DNA of 64,000 nt, from assembly GCA_004557975.1 (NCBI GenBank), contig SFEV01000007.1, positions 2,514 to 66,513 on the forward strand, in the 5' to 3' direction. This document shows, piece by piece, positions 39,110 through 49,145 of the stretch. Position 1 is the first letter of the stretch. Every line of letters begins with the position of its first letter. A program made the translations under genes and the position numbers. This stretch comes from Lachnospiraceae bacterium (GTDB lineage: Bacteria; Bacillota; Clostridia; Lachnospirales; Lachnospiraceae). The notes below the pieces were generated by a model. That model was not told the DNA's origin. It made no database searches and saw only the letters and a program-made list of their open reading frames with translations.

Positions 39110-40426
39110 ATGAAAAAGGTAGTGAAGTTTGGCGGAAGCTCTCTTGCGAGCGCGGAGCAGTTCCGTAAAGTGGGAGAGATTATTCATTCAGACAGAGACA
39201 GGAAATATGTGGTACCGTCCGCACCGGGAAAACGGTATTCATCGGATACAAAGGTGACGGATATGCTCTATGACTGTTACAATACGGCGGCAGATCATAT
39301 AGATATCGCGAGAAAACTCGCAGCGATTCAGGAGCGGTACCAGGAAATCATCGACGGGCTCGGACTTGATCTGTCACTGGATGCTGAGTTTGCGAAGATC
39401 AGAGAACAGTTTGAAGCACAGGCAGGAAGCGATTACGCTGCTTCCCGCGGTGAGTATCTGAACGGTATTGTCATGGCTGCGTATCTGGGATATGAGTTTA
39501 TTGATGCGGCCGAGGTGATCCGTTTTGATGAAGACGGTGTCTTTGACAGTGAGACGACCAACCGGATTCTGCAGGAAAGGCTGCGGACTGTGGAATGTGC
39601 TGTCATTCCGGGGTTCTACGGGGCTCTGGAAGATGGAAGCATCAAGACCTTTTCAAGGGGTGGTTCTGATATCACCGGCTCCATTGTGGCCAGAGCCGTC
39701 CATGCAGACCTGTACGAGAACTGGACAGATGTGTCTGGCTTCCTCGTGACAGATCCGCGTATTGTGGAAAATCCGGAGACCATTGAGACAATCACATACC
39801 GCGAGCTGCGTGAGCTCTCCTATATGGGAGCGACGGTGCTGCACGCTGATTCCATCTTCCCGCTGCGCCAGGAGGGTATACCGATCAATATTAAAAATAC
39901 GAATCGTCCACAGGATCCGGGTACACTGATTGTGGAGAGCACCTGCCGCCAGCCGAAGTTTACGATTACCGGTATTGCCGGCAAGAAGGGATTCTGTGCA
40001 GTCAATATTGAAAAGGATATGATGAACTCCGAGATCGGATTCGGGCGCAAGGTGCTCCAGGTATTTGAGGAAAACGGAATTTCCTTTGAGCATGTTCCGT
40101 CCGGCATTGATACTTTCACAGTTCTCGTTCATCAGTCCGAGTTCATGGAGAAGGAGCAGAGCGTAATCTCCGGTATTCACAGAGCTGTGCATCCGGACAC
40201 TCTTGATCTGGAATCGGATCTTGCACTGATTGCAGTGGTGGGACGCGGCATGCGGGCAAAGCGCGGCACTTCGGGACGGATTTTTTCCGCACTGGCTCAC
40301 GCCAATGTCAACGTAAAGATGATTGATCAGGGTTCCAGTGAACTGAATATCATCATCGGTGTGAAAAATGAGGATTTTGAGCGTGCGGTGAAGGCTATTT
40401 ACGATATTTTTGTACTGACAGTATAG
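39110..40426 (+). CDS. lysC: aspartate kinase
   Basis: Motifs VKFGGSS, SRGEY, FSRGGSD and DPRIV; two ACT domains. Confidence 0.9.
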   Translation: MKKVVKFGGSSLASAEQFRKVGEIIHSDRDRKYVVPSAPGKRYSSDTKVTDMLYDCYNTAADHIDIARKLAAIQERYQEIIDGLGLDLSLDAEFAKIREQFEAQAGSDYAASRGEYLNGIVMAAYLGYEFIDAAEVIRFDEDGVFDSETTNRILQERLRTVECAVIPGFYGALEDGSIKTFSRGGSDITGSIVARAVHADLYENWTDVSGFLVTDPRIVENPETIETITYRELRELSYMGATVLHADSIFPLRQEGIPINIKNTNRPQDPGTLIVESTCRQPKFTITGIAGKKGFCAVNIEKDMMNSEIGFGRKVLQVFEENGISFEHVPSGIDTFTVLVHQSEFMEKEQSVISGIHRAVHPDTLDLESDLALIAVVGRGMRAKRGTSGRIFSALAHANVNVKMIDQGSSELNIIIGVKNEDFERAVKAIYDIFVLTV

Positions 40427-40446
40427 ACGAAATACGAGGGATAGAT

Positions 40447-41487
40447 ATGCAGAATCATTATACGGTGCCGGAGACGGCACAGTCCTTCGCATATGAGAGA
40501 AAGGGAAACAGCGCAGTCATCTGGCGCTGTTTTTCGCATGATACGAGGGCATACATTCCGGCGGAGATTGACGGCCTGCCGGTAAAAGAGATTGCACCCT
40601 ACGCATTCTCCGCACATATGGAGGAACGGACTCTGGAGCAGGGGATACAAAGCGGCAAACTTCGCATCTGTGTTCCGGAGTTTCTGTATGAAAGTGATCC
40701 GGATGGGAGAGAACTTCCGCCTGCTCTGTGTGGAAACAGACTGGAAGGCATCTCATTTCCACAGGAGCTGCTCAGAGTGGGACGGTACTGTTTTTACAAC
40801 TGTGATGCGCTTCACAGCCTGGAATTCTGGGGAGCACTGGCTGACTGGGGAACCGGTGTGTTTACCGGGTGTCACAGGATCAGGGAGATTCGTGTCCACA
40901 CAAAACAGGATGGGAGCTCTTCACTGAAGCAGGTGCTGGATGAAGTCCATGAGGAGTTGCGAGTCACGTACTGTTTTGAGGGACAGGATGAAGGGCAAAT
41001 GGTCCTGGCCCATCTTCTTTTTCCGGAATTCTATGAGGAAGGAATCGAAAATACACCGGCCAGGATTCTGGAGACCCATGTGCACGGGTCAGGTATGATG
41101 TACAGGAACTGCTTTCAGGGCAGAATATTTGATTTTCGCCAGTATGATACACTGTTTCCACATGCCGTTGCCCAGGAATCTCAGGAATCAGTCTCAGAGC
41201 TTGTCCTGGACAGGCTGCAGGATTCCTTCAGGCTGTCGGAGAGCGCTAAGGAACAGTATCTTACTTACATGCGCACCCATGCAGAACAGATAGCTGCGTT
41301 TATTCTTGACAATCGTGATATAGAAAAGCTTCAGTGGTTTCTGGAAAATGTGGGGAAGAGCACGGAACTGACTGATTTTATGGTGGAGAGAGCTTCAAAG
41401 CTCCAGTTTGCGGAGGCTCTTGGGATGTTGATGGAATTTCAGAGGGCCGGGCGACCGAAGAAAACAAGAAGGCGCATGGAGCTGTAG
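40447..41487 (+). CDS. cytoplasmic BspA-like leucine-rich repeat protein
   Basis: IPAEIDGLPVKEIAPYAF and FPQELLRVGRYCFYNC are LRR_5-type repeats; no signal peptide; helical C-terminus. Confidence 0.75.
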   Translation: MQNHYTVPETAQSFAYERKGNSAVIWRCFSHDTRAYIPAEIDGLPVKEIAPYAFSAHMEERTLEQGIQSGKLRICVPEFLYESDPDGRELPPALCGNRLEGISFPQELLRVGRYCFYNCDALHSLEFWGALADWGTGVFTGCHRIREIRVHTKQDGSSSLKQVLDEVHEELRVTYCFEGQDEGQMVLAHLLFPEFYEEGIENTPARILETHVHGSGMMYRNCFQGRIFDFRQYDTLFPHAVAQESQESVSELVLDRLQDSFRLSESAKEQYLTYMRTHAEQIAAFILDNRDIEKLQWFLENVGKSTELTDFMVERASKLQFAEALGMLMEFQRAGRPKKTRRRMEL

Positions 41488-41584
41488 AGTTCAGGCCTGA
41501 TCGAAATAAAAAAGCTGCAAAATAACAGAAGCTGCGGTAAAATAGTACCGGAGCAAAGATACATCCGGGAAAAGGAGGTGCGGT

Positions 41585-42934
41585 ATGAATCCCGTTTACG
41601 AAGAACGAAAGGAAATGCTGGATTTTATCGAAGTAGCGGCGGATATTCTGCGCAGTGCCCGCAATGAGCTGTATCTGAATATGAGATTTCTCGATGTCTC
41701 TCTTTCAAGCCTTGTCTTCGTACCGGATCAGCAGATACGCATCACAGGCACCGATGGCAGCGCGCTGTTTTTTCAGCCGGATGCGCTGGTGGAGGTATTT
41801 CGAAAAGGACGCACAGAGGTGAACCGCCGGTATCTGCACAGCATTATGCATTGTCTGTTCTCGCATCTGTGGACACGCAGGGAGCGGGATCCGGAATATT
41901 GGAATCTGGCGTGTGATATTGCGGCGGAGTACGTGATAGACGGGCTGTATCTGAAAGCGCTGCACCGGCCGAAATCATCCCTGCGCCGTGAAGTGTACCG
42001 GTGGGTACAGTCGGGTCCTTCCGGTGAGCAGGAGACAGAAAATGTCACGGTGACAGCGGAGCGTGTATACCGTTTTTTATGCGGCCGCCACATGATGCAG
42101 GCACAGCTTGATGTGTGGAAACGGGAGTTCCTTGTGGATGACCACAGCCGCTGGGATCAGGATCAGGACCAGAAGCAGAAGAGTCCTCAGCAGCAGAAGT
42201 GGGATGACATCCGTGACAGGATGCAGACAGAGATGGAAACTTTTTCCAAAGAAGCTTCCGATGATATGAGAAGCCTTGAGGAACAGATTTGTGCACAGAA
42301 CCGCAAACGGTACGATTATCGTGAGTTTCTCCGGAAATTTTCTGTCCTGAAAGAGGAGATGCAGGTGGATCCGGACTCCTTTGACTATATTTTTTACCAT
42401 TACGGGATGGACCTGTACGGCAATATGCCGCTGATAGAGCCTCTGGAGACGAAGGAGGTTCAGAAGGTGGAGGATTTTGTGATCGTCCTGGATACCTCCA
42501 TGTCGTGCAAGGGCGATCTGCTGAAGCACTTTCTGGAGGAGACGTACAGCATTCTCAGTGAATCGGAGAGCTTTTTCAGGAAAATTCATATTCACATCCT
42601 GCAGTGTGATGACAGAGTGCAGGAGGATGTGCTGATAACAAACCAGGAGGAGATGAAGCAGTATATGGAGCATTTTACGGTCCGGGGCTTCGGCGGAACA
42701 GATTTTCGTCCGGCCTTTGCAAGAGTGCAGGAGCTTTTGTGTCGGAAATGCTTTACGAAGCTGAGAGGACTGATTTATTTTACCGACGGGTACGGGACGT
42801 TTCCGGTCCGGAAGCCGCCATATGAGACGGCATTTGTATTTCTGAGGGAGGACTACCGGGATGTGGATGTGCCGCCGTGGGCGATCAAGCTAATTGTGGA
42901 CCGTGAAGAGCTGATGAGGGGAGATAGCGTATGA
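41585..42934 (+). CDS. DUF2201-type metallopeptidase-like / vWA domain protein
   Basis: HSIMH..H, WNLACD, DDHSRW; vWA motifs DTSMS, GGTDF and YFTDG. Confidence 0.82.
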   Translation: MNPVYEERKEMLDFIEVAADILRSARNELYLNMRFLDVSLSSLVFVPDQQIRITGTDGSALFFQPDALVEVFRKGRTEVNRRYLHSIMHCLFSHLWTRRERDPEYWNLACDIAAEYVIDGLYLKALHRPKSSLRREVYRWVQSGPSGEQETENVTVTAERVYRFLCGRHMMQAQLDVWKREFLVDDHSRWDQDQDQKQKSPQQQKWDDIRDRMQTEMETFSKEASDDMRSLEEQICAQNRKRYDYREFLRKFSVLKEEMQVDPDSFDYIFYHYGMDLYGNMPLIEPLETKEVQKVEDFVIVLDTSMSCKGDLLKHFLEETYSILSESESFFRKIHIHILQCDDRVQEDVLITNQEEMKQYMEHFTVRGFGGTDFRPAFARVQELLCRKCFTKLRGLIYFTDGYGTFPVRKPPYETAFVFLREDYRDVDVPPWAIKLIVDREELMRGDSV

Positions 42935-44445
42935 ATATCAGAAGAGCAAAAGAGGAAATAAAGGATACGATAGAAGCGTATCTTCTGAAGAATGAATACG
43001 GAGAATATGTGATTCCGCCGATCCGCCAGAGGCCAGTACTGCTTCTGGGCGCACCGGGTATCGGAAAGACGCAGATTATGGAGCAGATTGCTAAGGAGTG
43101 TGGAATCGGGCTGGTGGCCTACACGATCACCCACCACACACGTCAGAGTGCCATCGGACTTCCATTTGTCTCAAAACAGTCCTACGGTGGACGTGAATAT
43201 ACGGTGACAGAGTATACCATGAGTGAAATCGTGGCATCTGTCTACGAAAAAATGGAGAAGACGGGACTTTCGGAGGGAATTCTGTTCATTGACGAGATCA
43301 ACTGTGTCTCTGAGACGCTTGCTCCGGCCATGCTTCAGTTTCTGCAGTGCAAAACCTTCGGAAGTCATGAAATCCCTCAGGGATGGATCATTGTGGCGGC
43401 CGGAAATCCTCCGGAATACAATAAATCCGTGCGTGAGTTCGATGTGGTCACACTGGACCGCGTTAAAAAAATCGAGGTGGAGCCTGATTTTGCGGTCTGG
43501 AAAGAATATGCGGTGAAGCAGCAGCTCCACCCTGCCGTGATTTCCTATCTGAATACAAGGACCGGAAACTTCTACAAGATGGAGACGACGGTGGACGGAA
43601 GAAAATTCGCGACGCCCAGAGGATGGGAGGACCTGTCCACAATCCTGAATGTCTATGACAGTCTGGGAAAGGAGATGGACAGGGAGGTCGTTGTGCAGTA
43701 TATTCAGCATGAGCGCATTGCCAAAGATTTTGCAAATTATCTGGAGCTGTACCGCAAATACCAGATGGATTACCAGCTGGATGTAGTGCTGGAGGGAAGC
43801 ATTGATGAGATTTTGCTGAAGAAAGCTTCTCATGCCCCCTTTGATGAGCGGCTCAGTGTGGTCAGTCTGCTTCTGTCGAGATGCAGAAGCCGGTTCGCAA
43901 AGCTGATGCGGCGGGAGCATGTCCTTGAGCTCCTCTATGAAAATCTGAAAATCCTCAGAGAGGGACTGCTGGGTGTGCACAGTGGACAGCCGATCGTATA
44001 TTTCAGAGAAATTCTGGATGAATGGGAGAAAGAGACGACCCGGAAAAAGCAGGCGGAGCTTCTGACGAGACAGGAAGAGCATGACTGCCGCCAGGTGTCA
44101 GAGATTCTGGAACGATATCAGATTGAGCTGCAAAAGAGAGAAGTACAGGACGGCGATACTGCTTTTGCAGAAATCAGGCAGTGGTTCGACGAAGCACAGG
44201 ATGCGTATGACAGAGAACTTGAAGATTCCGGACGTATGCTGGAGCATGCATTTGACTTTATGGAAGCAGCTTTCGGCGGGGGACAGGAGATGGTAATCTT
44301 TGTGACGGAGCTGAACAGCGATTATTACAGTATTAAATTCCTTCAGCAGTATGAATGCAAACGGTATTATCGTTATAATCGGCAGCTCCTGTTTGAGGAG
44401 GGAAGCAGAACCATTGAGGCGCGTCTGAAGGCGCTGGGAAAATAA
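42931..44445 (+). CDS. MoxR-like AAA+ ATPase
   Basis: Motifs GAPGIGKT, LFIDEIN, AAGN and ATPRGWE; ATGA overlap with the vWA gene. Confidence 0.87.
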   Translation: MNIRRAKEEIKDTIEAYLLKNEYGEYVIPPIRQRPVLLLGAPGIGKTQIMEQIAKECGIGLVAYTITHHTRQSAIGLPFVSKQSYGGREYTVTEYTMSEIVASVYEKMEKTGLSEGILFIDEINCVSETLAPAMLQFLQCKTFGSHEIPQGWIIVAAGNPPEYNKSVREFDVVTLDRVKKIEVEPDFAVWKEYAVKQQLHPAVISYLNTRTGNFYKMETTVDGRKFATPRGWEDLSTILNVYDSLGKEMDREVVVQYIQHERIAKDFANYLELYRKYQMDYQLDVVLEGSIDEILLKKASHAPFDERLSVVSLLLSRCRSRFAKLMRREHVLELLYENLKILREGLLGVHSGQPIVYFREILDEWEKETTRKKQAELLTRQEEHDCRQVSEILERYQIELQKREVQDGDTAFAEIRQWFDEAQDAYDRELEDSGRMLEHAFDFMEAAFGGGQEMVIFVTELNSDYYSIKFLQQYECKRYYRYNRQLLFEEGSRTIEARLKALGK

Positions 44446-44449
44446 AAGA

Positions 44450-44487
44450 AAAATGCCTGTGTCACACAGTGGTGATACAGGCATTTT
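44450..44487. terminator. bidirectional terminator
   Basis: AAAATGCCTGTGTCAC / GTGATACAGGCATTTT. Confidence 0.85.
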
Positions 44488-44491
44488 GTAA

Positions 44492-45517
44492 TTATCTGAT
44501 AACCTTGATCCATCCTTCCGGAGCTTCGATGCGTCCCATCTGAATTCCGGTCAGCGTATCATACAGCTTCTTTGTGACAGGTCCCATTTCACTCATACCG
44601 CTCGGGAAGCAGATTTCATTGCCGTGATCAACGATCTTGCCTACCGGTGAGATCACAGCGGCAGTACCGCACAGACCACACTCTGCGAAATCCTTCACCT
44701 CGTCGAAGTAAACCTCACGCTCCTCGACCTCGAGTCCCAGGTAATCCTTTGCCACAACTAGCAGTGAGCGGCGTGTGATGGACGGCAGAATACTCGGGGA
44801 CTTCGGAGTAACGACCTTATTGTCTTTTGTGACGAAGAGGAAATTGGCTCCGCCTGTCTCCTCAACCTTCGTTCTTGTGGCTGCATCGAGATACATATTC
44901 TCATCATAACCCTGACGGTGAGCATCCATGATTGCATACAGGCTCATGGCGTAGTTCAGTCCTGCCTTGATATGGCCTGTTCCGTGAGGTGCTGCACGGT
45001 CAAAATCGCAGACACGGATTGTCAGAGGTCTTACACCGCCTTTAAAGTACGGACCTACCGGAGTCGTGAAGATACGGAACTGGTATTCATTGGCCGGCTT
45101 TACACCGATGACAGCGTCACTTCCGAACATGTACGGACGAATATACAAAGTAGCGCCGGAACCGTAGGGCGGAACGTAAGCTTCATTTGCTGCAACTGTC
45201 TGTACCACCGCATCAACAAAACGATCCTGCGGGAATACCGGCATTTCCAGTCTCTTGCAGGAAGCTTCCATACGTGCAGCGTTCAGGTCCGGGCGGAACG
45301 TAACAATATGTCCGTCTTCCGTGGTGTATGCTTTCATACCCTCAAAGCATGTCTGTGCATACTGAAGCACACCGGCACACTCTGTGATTGTAACGGTTGG
45401 ATCAGAGATCAGAGCGCCCTCATCCCACGCGCCGTTTTTATAATTGGAAACAAAACGTTTGTCAGTCTGCATATAGCCGAATCCAAGATTGGCCCAGTCG
45501 ATATTTTTCTTTTCCAT
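44492..45517 (-). CDS. ilvE: branched-chain amino acid aminotransferase
   Basis: Motifs YAQTCFEGMKAY, LYIRP, KAGLNY, ILPSITR and GTAAVISP. Confidence 0.95.
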   Translation of the reverse strand: MEKKNIDWANLGFGYMQTDKRFVSNYKNGAWDEGALISDPTVTITECAGVLQYAQTCFEGMKAYTTEDGHIVTFRPDLNAARMEASCKRLEMPVFPQDRFVDAVVQTVAANEAYVPPYGSGATLYIRPYMFGSDAVIGVKPANEYQFRIFTTPVGPYFKGGVRPLTIRVCDFDRAAPHGTGHIKAGLNYAMSLYAIMDAHRQGYDENMYLDAATRTKVEETGGANFLFVTKDNKVVTPKSPSILPSITRRSLLVVAKDYLGLEVEEREVYFDEVKDFAECGLCGTAAVISPVGKIVDHGNEICFPSGMSEMGPVTKKLYDTLTGIQMGRIEAPEGWIKVIR

Positions 45518-45563
45518 AATTCACATTCCTTCCTTATGTAAAATAAAAAATTACATTATTTGT

Positions 45564-45592
45564 AGTTTACACCTGCTTTTTTTTTGCGTCAA
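45564..45592 (-). promoter_or_regulatory. sigma-A promoter of ilvE
   Basis: Minus strand reads TTGACG-17 nt-TAAACT. Confidence 0.65.
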
Positions 45593-45600
45593 GCTTTATT

Positions 45601-46872
45601 TCAACGAGACTTCTTAAGCAGGGAACCGCGGACCACAGCGTCTCTGCCGTAACGCTTCCGGATCTGATCCATGGCCTCCTCCAGCCGTTTCTGTTTTTCA
45701 GGGTCAGTCCTGGAACAGGAAGGTGCAAAGTCTCTGCCGCTGTGGTGCTGATTCTGCTTATGCTTATGCTCATCCTCTGTCAGAAACCCGTCGTCGAACA
45801 GAGAAAGCTGGATCGGTGTGTCCTCCGACACCAGTTTTGAGGTGCGTACGCCCAGAAGGCGGATGGGGCTTCCGTTCCAGAGCTCTTCAAACAGCCTGCA
45901 TGAACAGGGATACAGCACTGATGAAAGAGAAGAAGGAGAGGAAAGCTGCGTCTGCCGGGAGCAGGAGTGAAAATCACTGTACTTGATTTCAACGGTCACA
46001 GTACGTGCCAGCTGATGGGATTTCCGAAGCCGGACTGCGACCTGCTCAGACAGGGACAAAAGAATGCGTTTTGCGTCCTGTGCAGATGAAATATCCTGTG
46101 AGAGGGTGGTGGAGTTGCCAATCCCCTTTGCCTCGTGGCTGTCCGGATCAAGAGTGGACTCATCAATACCGTTTGCAAATTCCCACATCATTTTTCCATG
46201 ACTTTTGAAATGAACCTGCAGAAATTCAGGGTCGGTGGCGGCAAGCTCCCCGATAGTCCTGATTCCCAGCTGTGCCAGCCGTTCGGCGCTGCTGTGTCCT
46301 ACCATAAAAAGCTCACTGACGGGAAGCGGCCACATTTTCTGCGGGATTTCATCGGGAAACAGTGTATGGACTCGGTCGGGTTTTTCGAAATCGCTGGCCA
46401 TTTTTGCCAGAAGCTTATTTGGAGCAATTCCGATATTGACCGTAAAGCCCAGTTCATTGCGTACACGGTCGGCAATGCTGCGTGCGGCGAGCTGTGCAGA
46501 AGCGAAACGGTGGCTGATCGGCGTATAATCCATGTAACACTCATCGATGGAAACCTGCTCAATGTCGGAGGTGTATGTGTGCAGAAGCTCCATCAGCTCA
46601 CGGCTTCGCTGACTGTACAGTGTGTGGGACGGAGGCTCGATGTGCAGAAACGGACATTTCCGCAGAGCCGAAGCCACCGGTTCCCCCGTGCGCACTCCGT
46701 ACTTTTTGGCAGGTATGGACTTGGCCAGCACGACGCCGTGACGGCTTTTTTCATCTCCGCCGATAATTGCGGGAATTGTGCGCAGATCAAGAGACGGATC
46801 CAGTTTCAGTCGTTCTATGGCGCTCCAGCTCAGATACGCAGAATTTACATCTATATGAAAGATCAGGTTCAT
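45601..46872 (-). CDS. dinB: DNA polymerase IV (Y family)
   Basis: Motifs FHIDVNSAY, SIDECY and NKLLAKMASDFEKP; start placed after AAGGAGG. Confidence 0.92.
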   Translation of the reverse strand: MNLIFHIDVNSAYLSWSAIERLKLDPSLDLRTIPAIIGGDEKSRHGVVLAKSIPAKKYGVRTGEPVASALRKCPFLHIEPPSHTLYSQRSRELMELLHTYTSDIEQVSIDECYMDYTPISHRFASAQLAARSIADRVRNELGFTVNIGIAPNKLLAKMASDFEKPDRVHTLFPDEIPQKMWPLPVSELFMVGHSSAERLAQLGIRTIGELAATDPEFLQVHFKSHGKMMWEFANGIDESTLDPDSHEAKGIGNSTTLSQDISSAQDAKRILLSLSEQVAVRLRKSHQLARTVTVEIKYSDFHSCSRQTQLSSPSSLSSVLYPCSCRLFEELWNGSPIRLLGVRTSKLVSEDTPIQLSLFDDGFLTEDEHKHKQNQHHSGRDFAPSCSRTDPEKQKRLEEAMDQIRKRYGRDAVVRGSLLKKSR

Positions 46873-46956
46873 GGCGTCCTCCTTTCCGGTAATGATTTCT
46901 TTCCAAGTGTAACAGCTTTTCGGCTTCCTGTCACGGATTTTCGAATACACGTTGCC

Positions 46957-47030
46957 GTTACTGTTCCATTCGTTCACAACAACACGCTTCGCGATGCACA
47001 GAAACTGCATTTCATGCAGTTTCGCACGTG
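46957..47030. repeat. REP-like palindromic intergenic element
   Basis: GTTACTGTTCCATTCGTTCAC (19/21 match to the reverse complement of 25055-25075) plus a perfect inverted repeat GAAACTGCAT-TTC-ATGCAGTTTC. Confidence 0.6.
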
Positions 47031-47209
47031 ATACCCTCAGGATTTCCGCGGGCAAAATTGTGGCTTCAGGGATACTTGCGCAGTGCGGAAAAAAGAGGTA
47101 TGATTACAGACAGAATTCATTCTTCTGCTTCTGGCGGCAGAGGGCGTGGAAGTTACGTATGAAAAAGTCAGTCTGACAAAATTTCGGTGGAAGAAGGTAG
47201 CGTGTTCTG

Positions 47210-48586
47210 ATGCAGAAGATAAAACAGGAAGATTTACAGCATGATTTTTCACGGGGAAGTGTCAGCCGTCACATTATGGCGCAGGCAGTTCCGCTGATGG
47301 TGGCTCAGATTCTGCAGCTGCTGTACAATGTGGTGGACCGTATCTATATCGGACATCTTCCGGGGGAGGATGGAATGGCTCTGACAGGTATCGGTCTCGT
47401 GTTTCCGATCGTGTCTCTGATCGCCGCTTTTACAAATCTGTTTGGCATGGGCGGTGCACCTCTGTGCTCCATCGCAAGAGGTGCAGGAAAGAATGAGGAG
47501 GCGGAGAAAATCATGGGAAACTCGGCCGTCCTGCTGTTTTTTTCCTCTTTTCTGTTGATGGTGCTCTGCTATATCGTTCGGAAACCGGTGCTGTATATGC
47601 TGGGAGCCAGCGATGCAACGTACCCCTATGCGGATACGTATCTGACCATTTATCTGCTGGGGACTGTCTGCTTTATGATGGGAAACGGCATGAACCAGTT
47701 TATTACGTCACAGGGATTCCCGAAGATAGCCATGGGGACCACGCTTCTCGGGGCAGTGAGCAATCTGATTCTCGACCCGATTCTGATTTTCGGATTCGGA
47801 ATGGGAATTGAGGGAGCGGCGATTGCAACTGTGATTGCCCAGACCGTATCGGCAGTATGGGTGCTCCGGTTTCTGACGGGGACGAAAGCAATTCTGCGCC
47901 TCAGAAAGAACCGTCTCAGGCTGGAATCACGGATTGTAAAGGATATCTGTGCACTTGGCACCTCCGGTTTCATCATGCAGGCCACGAACTGTGTGGCACA
48001 GATTGCATGCAATGCGATGCTGAGTATTTACGGGGGCGATCTGTATATCGGAATCATGACGATCCTCAATTCAATCCGCGAGATACTGAGTATGCCGGTA
48101 TCGGGAATTACCCAGGGCTCACAGCCGGTGCTCGGTTTTAATTATGGTGCCAAAAAGTACGAAAGAATCCGCAGCGGAATCCGGTTTATGGCATTGGCAG
48201 GAGGAATATACACTGCAGCTGCATGGGTGGTGCTTGTCCTGTTTCCGGAGCCGTTTCTGGCGCTTTTTACCACAAACAAAGAGATGCTCAGTCTCGGTGT
48301 TCGATCTGTGCATCTCTACTTTGCAGGTTTTGTGTTTATGCTGTTTCAGTTTTCCGGGCAGTCGGTGTTTGTCGCGCTGGGTAAATCCAGGCAGGCAGTT
48401 TTTTTCTCCCTGTTTCGCAAGGTGGTCATTGTCCTGCCTCTGACACTGCTGCTGCCGCGCCTGATGGAGGACGGAGTGGCAGGCGTCTTTCTCGCGGAAC
48501 CGATCTCAAATGTAATCGGAGGGCTTGCATGCTTTATTACCATGTATTTTACCGTCTACCGGAAGCTGGAGCGAAAACAGGTGTGA
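47210..48586 (+). CDS. MATE family efflux transporter
   Basis: LYNVVDRIYIG, NLILDPILIFGFGMGIEGAAIAT, QPVLGFNYGA; multiple TM segments. Confidence 0.93.
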   Translation: MQKIKQEDLQHDFSRGSVSRHIMAQAVPLMVAQILQLLYNVVDRIYIGHLPGEDGMALTGIGLVFPIVSLIAAFTNLFGMGGAPLCSIARGAGKNEEAEKIMGNSAVLLFFSSFLLMVLCYIVRKPVLYMLGASDATYPYADTYLTIYLLGTVCFMMGNGMNQFITSQGFPKIAMGTTLLGAVSNLILDPILIFGFGMGIEGAAIATVIAQTVSAVWVLRFLTGTKAILRLRKNRLRLESRIVKDICALGTSGFIMQATNCVAQIACNAMLSIYGGDLYIGIMTILNSIREILSMPVSGITQGSQPVLGFNYGAKKYERIRSGIRFMALAGGIYTAAAWVVLVLFPEPFLALFTTNKEMLSLGVRSVHLYFAGFVFMLFQFSGQSVFVALGKSRQAVFFSLFRKVVIVLPLTLLLPRLMEDGVAGVFLAEPISNVIGGLACFITMYFTVYRKLERKQV

Positions 48587-49101
48587 TCCGGTTTTCCGCG
48601 TCCGGCGCAGTACAGCTCTTCAATGGCGGCGACAGCCTGCTGCACGGATTTATTGCTCACATTCACCGTAATGTGGGCATATTTTTCGTACAGAGGAGCG
48701 CGCTCATCATAAAGATCCTGCAGTGTCTGCCCCGGGCTGAATACGACTCCGCGCTTTGTCAGGTCTCCGAGGCGGTGACTCAGCGTAGCGCAGCTTACCT
48801 TCAGGTAGACAACTGTGCTGATGCTGCGCAGATGCTCCATGGCCCTGGGCCCGTAGATGACGCTGCCGCCTGTGGCAATGACACTGTTGGAAACGTTGAT
48901 TTCACTGTTGACCCGTTCTTCGATCTGGTTGAAGCCGTCATTGCCCACTTCAGCCATGATCTGCCACAGAAGCTTTCCTTCGGATTTCTGGATCAGCAGG
49001 TCGGAATCGACAAAATCATATCCGAGCACTTTTGCAAGTACGATGCCGACAGTGCTTTTTCCAGCGCCCGGCATTCCGATGAGTGTGATATTATTCTTCA
49101 T
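48556..49101 (-). CDS. aroK: shikimate kinase
   Basis: Motifs LIGMPGAGKST, DSD, IATGGS and ERAPLY. Confidence 0.9.
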   Translation of the reverse strand: MKNNITLIGMPGAGKSTVGIVLAKVLGYDFVDSDLLIQKSEGKLLWQIMAEVGNDGFNQIEERVNSEINVSNSVIATGGSVIYGPRAMEHLRSISTVVYLKVSCATLSHRLGDLTKRGVVFSPGQTLQDLYDERAPLYEKYAHITVNVSNKSVQQAVAAIEELYCAGRGKPDHTCFRSSFR

Positions 49102-49145
49102 GGTTCTCCTCTCCAGTCCCGTTCTCAGGTTAAGTGGATATTCGG

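Noticed and set aside
46873..47055. 61-aa N-terminal extension of DinB in the ORF track
   Set aside because: It runs through the promoter and palindromic repeat; a strong SD supports the start at 46872
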